This document shows, piece by piece, positions 1-15,456 of a stretch of 64,000 bases of DNA; position 1 is the stretch's first letter, and the number at the start of each line of letters is the position of its first letter. The stretch is from Chrysomallon squamiferum. Lineage: Eukaryota > Animalia > Mollusca. The notes under the pieces were generated by a model. It searched no databases and was not told the origin of the DNA. It saw only the letters and a list, made by a program, of their open reading frames with translations. Both the position numbers and the translations under genes were made by a program. The DNA lies in assembly GCA_012295275.1 (NCBI GenBank), contig CM022669.1, positions 1,364,001 to 1,428,000 of the forward strand. The letters are read 5' to 3'.

Positions 1-559
1 TTATTATTATTATTATCATGTTTTTCTTTCTTTTTTTCTCTTACCAGTATTGAATGTGTTTGATATTTTCATATTCTTAAGGTCCGCACAGTTCTACAAG
101 AAAACGAACGTTATTAGCGTAAAATTATTTATATATATATTTTTTTTCACTTCTGTTTATTCAACGTTTTCAAGATTTTTGTTTATTTTTTGTTTATCTC
201 TTTTTTATTATTCTTTCTTTATTTCTTTTTATTCTTTGTCTTTTTTCTTTTTCTTTTTCCTTTTTGCATTATTTTTTATTTTTTATTTTTTTAATTTTTT
301 ATTTAGTTTTCTGTTTCTTTTCAGCTGCTTTTTTTCTGTATTCCACAACGTCACCTGATTTATTATTTTTTTTTTCGCTGTTGCTGTTGTGTTACATTAA
401 AGTGACTAACTGTGTTTGTTGCGGACACACGATTTGTTTATGAACCACGTGTTATTAATCTGTGACCTGTTCAAGGTGATGGCTGTATGATTCACGCTGA
501 CTAACATGTACATTGAAAAAAGAATCGATCTGCAGTTTACAAACAGCTCGCTCGTTCTA

Positions 560-640
560 GTAAAGTGTAGAATGCGCGCGCTCATCACTTCCGGTGTAAG
601 CGAGCAGATATCGGTGACATGGTGGCGTGTATCGATTTAT
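560..640. promoter_or_regulatory. Promoter/enhancer-like CpG-rich element
   Basis: GCGCGCGC (574-581) next to the ETS-type motif CACTTCCGG (586-594), with an E-box at 446. No linked gene was identified. Confidence 0.35.
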
Positions 641-3284
641 TCTGGTGAATCTCGATTTTGACGATAATTGGCGAGATAAAATAAACTGAAAATTATTGTC
701 TTCGACTTTATCCTGTATTTGCTCAAATAGGAATGTTTCTTTTTACTTTTTTTTTTTTTTTAAATTATATTATTCCTGTTGAAACTGACTTTTAATATGG
801 TAATCAACTAATATAAAAAGTATATTACTTTTTTTTCAGATTACGTTTTGCAAAATGAAACATAAAAATAAATGATAGGTTTCTATATATATATATATGT
901 TTACTTATTCTATCGTAAAATAACATGGCAAATATTTGGCCACCTTTTAAGGTTTTACCTGCCATCAAACCACATTTAAAAACACAGTTTATATTTTGTG
1001 TACTAATGAATGCACGTGATGAATGTAAATAATGGTGTATGAGTTTTACTGCTTGCAGACAGTAATTCAACTGGTTCGTTGTTTGATCAGCTCTCGATAA
1101 GACGCTGCTATTTTATATCATTTCTATTTTATTTGACATGTTTTATCACAAAACTAATTACTACGTAATCCACAAATCTGTTCTAAATATTCATAGCAGG
1201 TGAATGGAAGTGAAAAATGTATACAATTATATAAGTTGATACTTGGTGGATTTACAATAATTCTCAGTTATTTGTAAGAATATTCCCATCCCTTTCATTA
1301 TCTGTGTTATACTAAATACCCGAGTATCTTCTCTCAGTCACTTTTTTCATTCTCACTTTCTTTCTTTTTCGATTTCTTTTTCTTCCTCCCTCCCTGTCTC
1401 TCCTCTCTTTCACTCTCTCTTCTTCCTTCTCTCTCATTCGTCCTCTCTCTTTCTCGTTCTTTCAATCGCTCGCTCATTCTCTCTCATTCCTTCTTTCTTT
1501 CTTTACCTCTCTCTGTTTTCCGTTACATGAACTGACCTAATTTAAACCAGTTTGAACAAGATTATATTACAGAATCATCGATTCCTACTTCCCGCTGATT
1601 ATTTCCTGTATAAAAGAAAGTTCTAAATTCCAAAGAAAACTGTTCTCAGTTAAAGCGACTGAAAATTAGTCAAATGTTATTTTTTTTTTTTTTTTTTTTT
1701 TTGTAAAAATGTATTACGAAAGTACTTCAAACTAAGATGCAGATTTATCTATCTGTTTTGTGTAATGTGCATACAAATATAGACCAGTGTCTGTCTAGTT
1801 CATATTCCGCCTTGACTATCAACAGTAAATAAGCAAAAGTATAAATCCATATTTATTATACAAATAAATGAACAAATACAGCTATAAAGATAATTATATT
1901 ATAAAGTCTGCAGCATACATATATATATAAAGATCAGTACATTTACTGTAATAAAGAAATTAAATAAATGCGTTAGTCGGATCTACTTTTGTGGCTGGAG
2001 AAATCGCTGTAGACTGGTTGAAGATGACACACTAATTTATTGCAACCTGTTAACTTGAAGTAACGTAACGCGGAAAGAGCGCAGTGCACCAATTACCGTA
2101 AATACTCTTAAGCTGAGCCTAAAAACTGAAATGTGTTTCAGTGATCGTTAACTGCGATCTACATAAAACAAACCTCCCCTGAGCGTCATTTCTCATTTCT
2201 ACGTGCGCAGATGATCTCTGTAACGTCCTTTATCATATCCAATACACACATTGGAAATGCTGCTTAATGTGAAGTTGTTAGAACCAGGGCGAAGACTGTT
2301 GACGTAATAAATGATAGAGAGAATTGTTCATTGATTTACGAGCGAGATGTGCATTGCGTTTATGTAACATTTATCAGTTTGTATCGGGACTGCATCGATC
2401 ACTCACAGACACACGGACACACACACGTACAGAGCGGATGTTGTAAAAATGATTCGATTAATCGCACTAAAACTGTTCCAGTCAACCGACGTAAAACAAT
2501 GACAACTAACTAACACACTAACACACACACTAACACACTAACACACACCCTAACTAACACACTAACACACTAACCATTTACTTGTCAACATAGACAACTG
2601 CCGCATAAATTAAACAAAATGCTCGAACTTTCATTGAATGTAAACACATCTGACTGATTCCAAAACAAAAACATAGCATATTGTTATTGTTATTATTATT
2701 ATTATTATTATTATTAGTAGTAGTAGTAGTAGTAGTAGTAGTACATAATTACTTTTGTTAATGATATAACGAAATACAATATTTAAAAAAAAAGTAAAAG
2801 ATAGAAAAGACAAATCAGAGAATGTGATTCATTTTGACGTTGTTATTAGTTTCTTACATCTTAATGGTGAATAAGGCTTCGAAAACATCAATTCGGAGAT
2901 TTTTTTTTCAGTAACAGTAGTTTGAAAAAAAAAGATAATTTAAGAAAATTAAATTTTAAATATGATGATGATGATGATGATGATGATGATAATATAACGA
3001 TATAAACAAAAAATAAAAAGATATTTACTTCATTTGTTGATTTTTCTAATGATTTTATTTCTGCTTTATGTCATTCTTACATGGTATTTATCTATCAGCC
3101 TCTGTCTTTGACTGTCCACTGTCTGTATGATTCTGTGTATATTTGTTTTTGTTTTTGTATCTGTCTGTTTGACATAGAACTTACAAAATTACCTCAGTCC
3201 ACTATCTAGAAATATCTGCTGAGGTTTCTAATGTGATATTTACTGTCGTTTCTCCGGAAACCTTGATTATCCTGAATGTTACAA

Positions 3285-3392
<108 letters not shown>

Positions 3393-4022
3393 GTAACAAT
3401 AATAATAATAATAAAATTTCTCCAACATTGGGCAATGAATTGTTTTTTTTTTTTATTGTTTTTTTTAAGAAGCTTAAAATTCAAACTGGAAAGAAAGAAG
3501 AAACTGCAGTGAAAGAAAGGGAAAGCTAAGTTAATTAAACAAGGTTTGATTGTTCCTACAGGCGCAAGAGCTAAAAGAGAAAAATTAACAAAACCCGAAA
3601 TTAACCGAGCAGAGAAAGAAGTACGTGTTGTTTTCTCAGTTTCCATGACAACACTAATGGATTGCGTCATCCAGAGAATCGCAGGTTTACGTTTTTATTT
3701 GTTTATTTTTATTTTATTATTTATTTTATGCTATTTTATTTTTTACTTAAAAGTGTTATAAAACATTTTAGAAAATTAGAAATCCATTTCAGTGAGATTG
3801 AGACATTGTTCAAGTACACATGATGGAGTGAGTATTCACGGAATGCTGTGCAGCTCACGTGATCACCGTGTTGAAATAACATCTGTGTCTCTGTGAATTA
3901 AATCTCTTTTCTCTTTTTTTTTTTTTTTTTATAAAAAAGCAATAAACTGATACTTTATTTACATTGAAAATAGTTATATCATACATTTGATATTGTGTTT
4001 AAAACAGACACAGTCTGCTGTT

Positions 4023-4067
<45 letters not shown>

Positions 4068-4470
4068 AAATAAGTAAAATAAAACAATGCATTTCTATTT
4101 TTAAATTTTGCACTCAGTTCTACAAACGCATCTGTCTCTTAGCTGCTGGAAGAGTTTATTCTGTGCGGATTAATTGATTTTCAAAACACATGCAGTTTTC
4201 TCGTTTAACTCGTGCACGGCTTACAACGTCTTTCACTGCCAAACTTAACTCTAGCAATGTCGAAATAATACCTACCAAGAGCTCTTTTGATAAGTGAGGA
4301 ATTACAGGCCGTGCACGACCAGTGACCACAGCGTTTTAAGTATTTAACTTATAATTACTTCTTTGTTTTTCATTTCGTTTACTGGTTTTAGGTACTGTTC
4401 ATAGTTTTCAGAAATATACCAATAATACGTTATACAAGAAATGTATAAATAAATAATACGTTGTATGTAT

Positions 4471-4697
4471 ACAACAACAAATCTATAAATAGTACGTTAT
4501 CAGTATAAACATAGTATCGGGTTGTATAAACATAGTATCAGGGTACAAAAACAAATCTATAAATAGTACGTTATCAGGGTACAACAACAAATCTATAAAT
4601 AGTACGTTATCAGGGTACAACAACAAATCTATAAATAGTACGTTATCAGGGTACAACAACAAATCTATAAACAAAAACAAATCTATAAATGTACGTA
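4471..4697. repeat. 36-bp minisatellite (ACAACAACAAATCTATAAATAGTACGTTATCAGGGT)
   Basis: About 5 direct copies; source of the spurious 4483-4680 ORF. Confidence 0.9.
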
Positions 4698-5395
4698 TTA
4701 CTAATAGTAGGAATAATTATAGTAATAGTAATAGTACTTGTAGATGTAGCTGTAATATTATCCTATTTATTGTTGTAAATTGTTTTATTTAAGTTGGAGA
4801 GGATATTAAAACGACTACGCAAAGTGATTACTGAGATGCGTACTGTTATAAAACACAGACATAAAAATACTGCCTGCTTGTGCCTGCTCAAGAAACATTA
4901 TTAATGATCTTCACCTGATGTTAGTTTACTTTCTCTTCTCACGAACGAAGGTTTGTTAATGTTGTTCTGCCTACGGGAAATACCGAAAAATATTACATTT
5001 CTCGACTTCCCCGCATTTTCTCAACGATTTAAACGACTGTGAGAAATCGGCGCGTTCCATTTTGTTTATAGAATAAAGCAGCTTACACTTCTGTTTACCT
5101 GTCAGTGACATTAATATTTCTCATAACTGTTAATAAAAGAACACTGCAAACAATAGCACGTCACGTGACCTGATACCAGCATCAGGTGACGCGATCTATC
5201 TTGTATTTTAAACTGTTGCAGAAATGAGATCTTCTTGCAAAGACAAATACGTGATTTTAAAAATATCTTCTGACCTAGTTTAATGTAATCTGTTCTTCGC
5301 TGTGAGCTCATTAATCTTAATATAAACATTAATTTATGTTTTTGTTTGTCTCTTTGTTTATTTATTGCTTGTGTTGTTGTTTGCTTTCTTTATAT

Positions 5396-5428
<33 letters not shown>

Positions 5429-5661
5429 TTGTTGTTGTTGTTGTTTTGTTTCTGAGATTTCTCGTCTGCTCTGCTGTCAGATTGCTATTTACCGATTAAG
5501 CGAAGTCTGAGAATAGATTTTTTTTTTTTACTTTCTTTCCAACAGAGACGATATTGTGTTGTTGATTTGCCTACATCAGAATATATTAGATATTGAATTT
5601 CTTTATCTTCTTTCTTTCTTTTTTGCATTCTCCTTTTTCCTCTTCCATTTCATTTTTCTGT

Positions 5662-5696
<35 letters not shown>

Positions 5697-6531
5697 TTTT
5701 TGTTGTGCCTCATATTTTGTTAACAGTAATAATTATTTAAAAATAGGCAGCTGCTTGTAACACGAGCGCTGGTAGTACTGTAATAGTGGGAATAGTAGAA
5801 ACTGTGGTAATAGTAGTACTAGGAATAGTAGTAATAATAGTACTAGGAATAGTAGTAATAATAGTACTAGGAATAGTAGTAATAATAGTTGTTTTCTTTA
5901 TTTGTATTTATTTGTAGTTTGTTTAATTATAATTTCAAACAAAAAACAGAATTTCTTGAGGAAGATATAACTGGAAGAAAAAGTAACTGAAAGTGGAAGA
6001 AATGACTGCCTGTTGTTATCGTGTTTTGATTTGTGTCAGTCATCAAGCTTGTGTCAAGTTTATGACGTATTCCCAGTTCCTTACGTCACATTCTAACTTT
6101 TTACTCATTTCTCACTCGGCCACGTGACACCAAGACTATCTAAGCCAAAACTGCTTTCTAATGAAGAGAATCTGGACGAAGCTAGCAACACTTTATTAAA
6201 TCAGTTGCTTAGCAACTGGCCTGCTTCCTCTGTTTTGACAGAAATTTGAACAGAGTCAGATAAGAGTTGAACTGGTCGACTCACACGTCCACTGTTAATG
6301 TGCGCTCTTTTTCAAACTGATTTGTTTGCGTTCAGCATATATCAGCGTAAGCAGTTATGGTGGGAGTCGTAATGTAAATAACTGTATATCTAGAAACTGG
6401 AATTGTTATACATGATGTAACATGTTTACAAAAATAGTGGGAGATGTTTCTGTCGTGTTTTGTCCCTGAGGTAGTGGTAATAATAAATAGTTAATATAAC
6501 AATGACGTCTATTTGTTCCTCTTTTTACTAT

Positions 6532-6562
<31 letters not shown>

Positions 6563-7619
6563 TTTCTGAATTTATTCTTATAACATAATCGTCGTTCTTT
6601 TTGTACTTGTTATTTTTACTTCTGCAAACTGCTGGGATACAGTCTAGCTCAGTGTATTTGAGTTTACTGCGAGTTTCACGTTTTATAATTTAATTTACAA
6701 AACTCCGTTACCGGGTAGTGCTCGTGTCCTCGCCGGGTTGCAGGTCAGCCTGTTTGAACGTATTTTCCACCAATTTTTATGTGCACCACATTAAAAACAA
6801 CGTTTTGAATTAAAAGGTTTACCTCAGCGCGGGGGGTAAACAGTTTATTGACTGCAAGTGAAACGTCACTGCACTCGTACAAGATAGAGTTGAATTAAAA
6901 AGAACTTTTGTGAGAAAGCGAGGGAAAAAAAACACCCCAAAACCTGAAAAAGAAGCTGTTTATAAAAATAAGAAGTTCTGCTTGTATTTTTAGAACACTA
7001 AATAATAAATTTACTGAGCAGGACAAGAAATAAAAACAATTAAATCAGCAAAATTCTTTTTACACACCATTTAAGTTAATATTTTTTACCGTTACATATA
7101 GTATATGCATATACATACGCACACACAAAAACACACACACGCATACAGTTATTTCTTTAGATTAAAAGTGACAGATTGTGTTTGCTCTTTGAAACTATTT
7201 GTTTGGAAACAGCTGTGTATTATACAGTAGCGTAAGTTATTATTTTATCCATTATTTGAAAGGTTCAGAATTAACAATGTACAAACTTTCTCTTTTCTCC
7301 CATTTTGAATTCAATTTTTTAATAACCAGTTTCATCAATGTTAGTTACCACATCAGTTACACGATCATCACCCATGCGTCTTTTTCAGTCAGCGATTATC
7401 ATTCCACATCTGTTGTACTTTTCAAGTGTATTACAAGACATTACACACCGCGGTGTATTACTACAGCGGTGACATTAGTGAGACAAACTTCAGACGAAAT
7501 GGTTAGAACTAGCAGAGAGCCTTGTTACTTAGTGATTATAGCGGCGTAGTTTTCACACGGTTTTATACTGTGCGATTACTTAGCGAGTGTTTATATACCG
7601 TCTTTAATTCGCCTGTGTT

Positions 7620-8705
7620 TACTTAGCTAGTGTTTACTTAGCGTGTGTTTACATAGCGTGTGTTTAATTAGCGTTTGTTTACCTAGCATGTGTTTACATA
7701 GCGTGTTTACATTGTGTGTATTGGCTTAGCGTGTGTTTACTTAGCGTGTTTACATAACTTGTGTTTACATAGCGTGTTTACTAAGCGTGTTTACATAGTG
7801 TGTGTTTACTTAGCGTGTGTTTACATAACGTCTGTTTACATAGCGTGTATACATAGTGTGTGTTTACATAGCGTGTATAATTAGTCTGTGTTTACATAGC
7901 GTGTATGTGTTTACATAGCGTATATACGTAGTCTGTGTTTACATAGCGTGTATACATAGTCTGTGTTTACATAGCGTGTATACATAGTGTGTGTTTACAT
8001 AGCGTGTATACATAGTGTGTGTTTACATAGCGTATATACGTAGTCTGTGTTTACATAGCGTGTATACATAGTCTGTGTTTACATAGCGTGTATACATAGT
8101 GTGTTTTACATAGCGTGTATACGTAGTCTGTGTTTACATAGCGTATATACATAGTCTGTGTTTACATAGCGTGTATACATAGTGTGTGTTTACATAGCGT
8201 GTATACATAGTGTGTGTTTACATAGCGTGTATACATAGTGTGTGTTTACATAGCATGTATACATAGTGTGTGTTTACATAGCGTGTATACGTAGTCTGTG
8301 TTTACATAGCGTATATACATAGTGTGTGTTTACATAGCGTATATACATAGTGTGTGTTTACATAGCGTGTATACATAGTGTGTGTTTACATCTGTGTTTA
8401 CGTGTATACGTAGTCTGTGTTTACATAGCGTATATACATAGTGTGTGTTTACATAGCGTATATACATAGTGTGTGTTTACATAGCGTGTATACATAGTGT
8501 GTGTTTACATAGCGTATATACATAGTGTGTGTTTACATAGCGTGTATACATAGTGTGTGTTTACATAGCGTATATACATAGTGTGTGTTTACATAGCGTG
8601 TATACATAGTGTGTGTTTACATAGCGTATATACATAGTGTGTGTTTACATAGCGTGTATACATAGTGTGTGTTTACATAGCGTATATACATAGTGTTTTT
8701 ACTTA
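7620..8705. repeat. ~28-bp minisatellite (GTGTGTGTTTACATAGCGTGTATACATA), built from ~14-bp subunits
   Basis: Directly visible; degenerate at the 5' end and homogeneous at the 3' end. Confidence 0.92.
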
Positions 8706-8771
8706 CCACCCTGATCAAAAATAAATGAACAAGGAGCAAACAAACAAACAAACAAACAAACAAACAAACAA

Positions 8772-8834
<63 letters not shown>

Positions 8835-10886
8835 ACACTGTCAGAAATTCAGCTGTGCACTTTTCACCTGTATTTTCTTATGTAAACGTTTGTGGCGGTT
8901 GTTGCCAGAGAAAACGTTGTAAACGCGTATTTGTCAGCGTCGTGTCAGATTACACTTTCTCAGTGTCGACGTGATCTTTGTACCCGCTCAGCTGATTTAT
9001 GTCTCGCCGTCCACGTTGTTGTTGTTGTGTCGTACATTCTTCACATTGGTGCAGCTGTTAATACAGCCATGTTTTTATTTATTTATTTATTTATTTATTT
9101 ATTTTCAGTTGTGTTTACTTTTTGTTTTATTTAGCCAGTGTGTTTTGCTACTTCTGCTGTTGTCGTTGTTGTTACTGCCGCTGTTGATATATATTTTGCA
9201 GTTCTTTTTATGTTAGTGTTTCCATTACTACTTCTACTGCTGCTGTTTACTCATAATTCTCAAACACCTTTTCAGCGTACACACTCACACACACACATAC
9301 ATCCACATCAGACATATATTCACGCACAAACGTACATGCACACAGTCACACACACACACACATTAAACATACATTTATTAATTCTGAACACAGAATTAAT
9401 AAATTAATAAATGTATGTTTAATGTACTTTAATCAAATATTGTGAGTTTGTGGTGTGAATGTTTGTTTACATAAACAAAAAATGTGTTACTTTTCTGTTT
9501 TAAAATTCACGCGTTCTGATGTTATTCTCTCCACTAACACACAGTATTGTTTGTAACTGTTGTCATGGTAACTCTTCAGAGCTACAACTTAAAACATTAA
9601 ATTCAGATTAGTGCGTGAATCTAACATCACCATGGCGACATGTTTGAAAGAGATACATACAGGATTTCAATTTATTCATTACGTTTACAGCTCTGAAAAA
9701 ACAAAACAAAAAAACAAGAAAACAACAACAAACAAATAAAATAAAATAAAATAAAATAAAATAAAATGAAATGAAACAAACAAACAAAAAAATCAACAAA
9801 AAAGAAAGACAATGAAACATTGCTCTGCTACAGTTTAATGATCCATTCTCTATTTCTTTCTCTTTCTTCTTTGTTATCTCTTTTCTTGAACAACGAAATT
9901 TCCAGTGCTAAAAATAGAAAATTAAAATGCCACGTGGTCGTACTTTCAACAACGAGCGATAGTGAGCCTCCTTTTGAAATACGTGAGTACAGAAGTCACT
10001 AGTGACTGGTTGTTGTTAGAGCTGACACACTATAGCAATGTAAACATTTCACGTACATGTAATAGTGTTTGTGCGTGTGCGTTTATGTGTCTGAATGATG
10101 CTGATATGAACACGTGTATGATAGAGAAACTGAGATATTTTAATTAATTAGTGTGTGTATGTATGTATGTATGTATGTATAAATAATGAATGTATGTATG
10201 TATTAATAAATAATGAATGTATGTATGTGTATGTACATACGTAAAGTTATTTGTATTTATTTATCACATATATAAACATATATTTAATTTATTCACAAAC
10301 ATACACAAACACATATATAAACATATATTTAATTTATTCACAAACACATATATAAAGATATATTTTAAATATATACTAATAATACTAATAACAAAGGAAA
10401 ATAAAGAGACAAGTAGTTCAAATTTTTCACTGAATTAATTCCGTGCAAATGTTTTTAATCAATCGCCAAATATAGCGATATAATATTACAGACTGGTACC
10501 TCGTGATGTAGTTAACACAGTGCTTGCTGTACCGAAGATTGCATGGTCAGTTCTGTATAAAGTGTTCTAAAAGAAAACATTATTAGTGACGTCACAAGAC
10601 ATTTTGTGTTTCAACAGAAACTTATTTTTCTCCGCGAATTCCGTGTCAGCTGATGTAACGAATGTCTGGAAACGAGACACGTTTACAAAATGTTGTAAAC
10701 CGCCGTCTGGGCTTTACGTCACTTCCTGGACGTCACGGGGAGTGAGAGATGTATTACGTAATTAAAGTGTTTGGCCCTGATGAATGGAGTCGGTCAGTTA
10801 GTTAATTTGCAGATAATTGTTGTTTGCCGCCAAGTGTCACGTGCCGGCTTTCCACTCCACCTGACACATTCTGAACAGATGCAAGC

Positions 10887-11143
10887 ATCACGTAGAGACA
10901 GAGAACACATCACGTAGAGACAGAGAACACGTCACGTATAGACAAAGAACACATCACGTATAGACAAAGAACACATCACGTAGAGACAGAGAACACATCA
11001 CGTAGAGAGAGAACAAATCACGTAGAGACAGAGAACACATCACGTATAGACAAAGAACACATCACGTATAGACAAAGAACACATCACGTAGAGACAGAGA
11101 ACGCGTCACGTAGAGACAGAGAACACGTCACGTAGAGACAAAA
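10887..11143. repeat. 22-bp minisatellite (CACATCACGTAGAGACAGAGAA)
   Basis: About 11-12 direct copies. Confidence 0.92.
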
Positions 11144-12320
11144 CATGATTTACGGGTTGGTTAAGACAGTATTCCAGGTTTAGTTCTGCGATGCGCCATT
11201 GTGTGTTATAATCAGAAATGAGTCACTAAGACTCACTTGATACTCAGTTTCCACAGTCAGTTTTAGTCACTCATGGTAGATTTTGTCGTTGTTATTATTA
11301 TTATTAGTAGTAGTAGTAGTATTTACAGTAGTAGTAATGTGTATAATATCTCTTTGTTAGATATTTTATTTAATATATACTGCAGGCACCACGTAACTGT
11401 CGGTGTGTTATTATCAGACGTTTTAACAAACAGTTCCATTTGTGCGGCCATTTTTTATAACTGTCGTGCTCAATAAGAATAGTGGAGAAACAAAAAAGAA
11501 AGAAAGAAAGAAAGAAAGTAGCACAAGAGAATATTTATATTTATCACATCAAGCGTATTTCGTCTTGTGTCCGCAAATCTTGATTTCACTCAGTAATTAG
11601 TTTTACGTTTATAATTAAATCCTTTCCCGTGATGGTCGTATTTCTGTTTTTATACCAACCAGACAAGCGAGAACGCGGAACAAAGCGGAACAAACTGTTT
11701 TCGTCTGCTTCTCTGAGAAAAAAAACAAAATGTCAGACAGACATTGCCGCTGCGCGTGCCGCTAAATAAAACATTAAAGCGAGGAATGATCAGTCAAGCC
11801 GACACAGTTTTCTCTCGTCACCGCAGACTGTAGTCGTTTCTCAGCCAAGCGAAATTAAAATTATCAAGTGAAAAGAGCCGAGATGAATGAGCCGAGACGA
11901 CAGTCTAGAGATTTGTGTGTAATTTGTATTGATACAATTTAGTGTGAGACTCGGCCAGTCCCCGGTGCCTGATAAAGTACTTGTACTACTAAATTTTATC
12001 TTTGTGTCAGGTTAAAACACCTTGTACCTAGTTACATGTATGCATGCATGTACACATGCACACACATACACATAATATGCATACAGACATGCTTGCACTA
12101 CTAAATTGTTTCTTATTACACAGACAGACAGAGAGAGTGGGTAGTGAGGTAGACAGAGAGAGTGAGGTAGACAGATACAGACAGATACATAAATAAATAT
12201 ATAACCAAACGACCGTCGAAATGAATGTGTAAAAACATCTTCACTTTGACCCACCTGGAATAAAAACTAAAATGGCAGATTAGGGTGGAAAAAAGAAAAC
12301 TGACTTTAGCAGAACAAAAA

Positions 12321-12367
<47 letters not shown>

Positions 12368-12947
12368 AAAAACCTAAAACGGAGTAAAAGTGATTTAGTT
12401 TGACAATGAAACGTTTAATACAAAGTTTTTCTTTCTTATTTTTAATCTCATTATTTTACTGGCCATGAAATGTCAGGTATGTTTGTCGTGTACATAACTG
12501 ATGTGAATCGATCTCTTTGTAAAAAAAAAAATATATATATATAATAAAATAAATAAAGTTTAATGTTTTAAAATTTTAATTCTTTGTTTTAATATTTGTC
12601 GCGTTCTATGGCTTGACTAACGCGGATTTCTACACGCAAAGAAAACTGTCCCGCAGTGAATGTCTCCGTGGCTTGTGCGTGAACCAGCCAATCAAAATCG
12701 TTCCTTTGTATTAACTGCCGCCCTGCTGCAGCGAAAGCTGTGACGTGTGAATATTAATTTTGTTCATGTTCCAGGGGACACAAAAGTGAGGAAGTTGGTT
12801 TATGGTAAATGTTTTCTAATAACTGGCCTGCTGAGGTGCCCGCGGCTTCATGAAATCAATTAGGAAATTCAGATCTCGACCATAATTAGTTTTTCTAGGA
12901 GTTTATTGAAAAGTGATCTTATGATAATTACTCCGAAAATAAATAGA

Positions 12948-12978
<31 letters not shown>

Positions 12979-14004
12979 GTGAGAGAGAGTATTAGAGTAT
13001 TTTTCATAGGTTTGTTTATGAACTTTGTGTTTTAGTTTATATTTTTATTTATTGTAATCATTATTAATAATATTTACGCCGCTTTTTGAAGAGTTACTTA
13101 CAACATCATTTGTTCAAAACATGTTTTCACAAAGCTTCAGATAACAATTCTCTTTCAGATATTGTATTAAAAACAAGACGTTTCTTTTTTCAGAAGTGAA
13201 AACCTTTAAGCGCGCGCAATTTCTTTATTATGACGAGCCACTTGTGTGCGGATTAGAATGAAAACATCAGTTTCGATTGGCGCGGATCATTTAACGTCAT
13301 TTGCATTTGGCAACGAAATGAAATTGACGTTAATGACGCCAGCAAGCTCGGACTGGATTTCAATAACTGAGAAATTTCAAGTGAGATGCGAATTTCCGCG
13401 TCATACAATTATTTTGAAATTGTTTTCACATCTCAGTGAAGATAACCATCTTTCACATCAATCATCTTAAAAATATTAGAAAACAGCAGTAAAAGAAAAT
13501 GATTTGTGAAGTTTCAAAACTCGGGCTCAAGTAATTTCTTACTAGTCGCGTGCTAAATTTCTTACTTATGAAATCGACAAGCAAACTGAGCTTTGAATTG
13601 ATTTTGTTGGCGATTTCACGCATGCGTGGGCACTGTTGTGAGAAAGACATGATCAACAGCTCGCTGCGTTTGATGTATTGAAATCTGCGCCTCATTACTT
13701 CCAATGTTTACAGTTATTTGTTTCATATTTGAAATAACTTAATAACTTTACAAATAAAAACATTTACTATGCACACTGTCATTTGTAATTATTAATAATT
13801 TTACAAATAAAAACATTTAATATATACATTGTAATCTATAAATATTAATAACTTTACAAATAGTAAAAATCTGTGGACAAAAAAAATATAGGTTTTTATT
13901 TTTTATTATTTTATGTTATTTTAGTAATCTTTTTTTTTTAAGCTGATACTTACTGTTATTATTATTATTATACGTGGTAGTGTTGGTGGCGTTTTAGTAC
14001 TGCT

Positions 14005-14080
<76 letters not shown>

Positions 14081-14089
14081 CCATTCAGT

Positions 14090-14825
14090 GTGTATGTGTG
14101 TGTTCATTGTATTTTTGTATTTGTTTGTGTGTATCTGTGCATACGTATGTATATCTGCTTAATATGTCAGTATGTACGCGTGTATATGCGTGTGTAAGTA
14201 TATTTGAGTGCAAGTTGGTGTCTGTGTACATATGTGGATAAAAGTGTGTGCCCTTGTGTATGTGTACGCATGTATGTGTGTGCGTGTGTATATATGTATG
14301 AGTATGTATACATATGTGTTTGGGTGAGTGTATGTCTGCATGTATACGTATGTGTATATATATATGTGTGTATGAAAGTGTGTGAATATGTGTATATGTA
14401 TGAGTGTGTGTTTATATATGTGTATATGTGTGTGTATGATGAGTGTGTGTTTAATGCATGTGTATATATATGTATATATGTATGAGTGTGTATGAGTATG
14501 AGTTTATGTGTACATGTGTATGAGTGTGTGTATATATGTATATATATATATGTGTGTGTGTGTGTATGTGTATGAGTATATGAGTTTAATGTATATACGT
14601 GTGTATGAATATCTATGTATATATGTGTGTGTGTATATGAGTATATGAGTTTATATATCTATGTGTGTGTGTGTATGAGTGTATATATATATATATATGT
14701 ATGTATATATGTGTATATGTGTATAAGTGTATGAGTGTGGGTATGTATATATATGTGTGTATATATATGTGTGTATATATGTGTGTATATATGTGTGTAT
14801 ATATGTGTATGAGTATATATATGGG
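14090..14825. repeat. Degenerate TG/TA low-complexity tract, preceded by (CT)n at 14010-14077
   Basis: Directly visible. Confidence 0.85.
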
Positions 14826-15415
14826 TGTGTTGTTTGTGTAATAGTGTGTGATCACGTTGGTTGTTTTATCTTTGTCCTATCTATTATTTGGTTCTCATCT
14901 CTCTGTTCTGAAACGTCAAGTGAAGTTTTAAACTAAGACAGTGTAGACTGACAACGTCGCTGTTGTGTTGTCACCGTGCAGGGTTTTCAGACAGACGTTG
15001 TCCGCTCGAGTCCGGTCAGGGGTAACTGGACGTTGTCGTCGTTGAAAGTGTCGTCGTGAAGATAATGAATAAAACGACTAGTGGCGCACAGGTGATGTAA
15101 CGTCGCAGTTTATTGATGTCTCCGACTGTACAAACACCTGCACGTGACAGGCTCAGGTGAATACAAGGGGCGGTTCTAAACATAAACAAAGGATAGGGAC
15201 GTTGTGATTACCTCAAGTATTAACTTACGTAAAGTGTGTGTGTATGAGCGAACTGAACAAACAAACAAAAAAAGAAAGAAAGAAAGCAGCAACAAGAACA
15301 ACAACAACAACCAAAAAAAAAAAAAGAAAGATTATTAATAACCTAGCGGTTTGACAAATCATTTAGAGGACAAATATTATAAATATGCAAAAAAGGTCGA
15401 ATAGCTGTAAGAATA

Positions 15416-15456
<41 letters not shown>

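Noticed and set aside
6463-6492. TGAGGTAGT (let-7-like) and TCCCTGAG (miR-125-like) words
   Set aside because: The match is limited to the seed and no precursor hairpin is present.
12670-12696. TTGTGCGTG resembling miR-210
   Set aside because: No complementary 5' arm; the sequence runs into a CCAAT box and is more likely regulatory.
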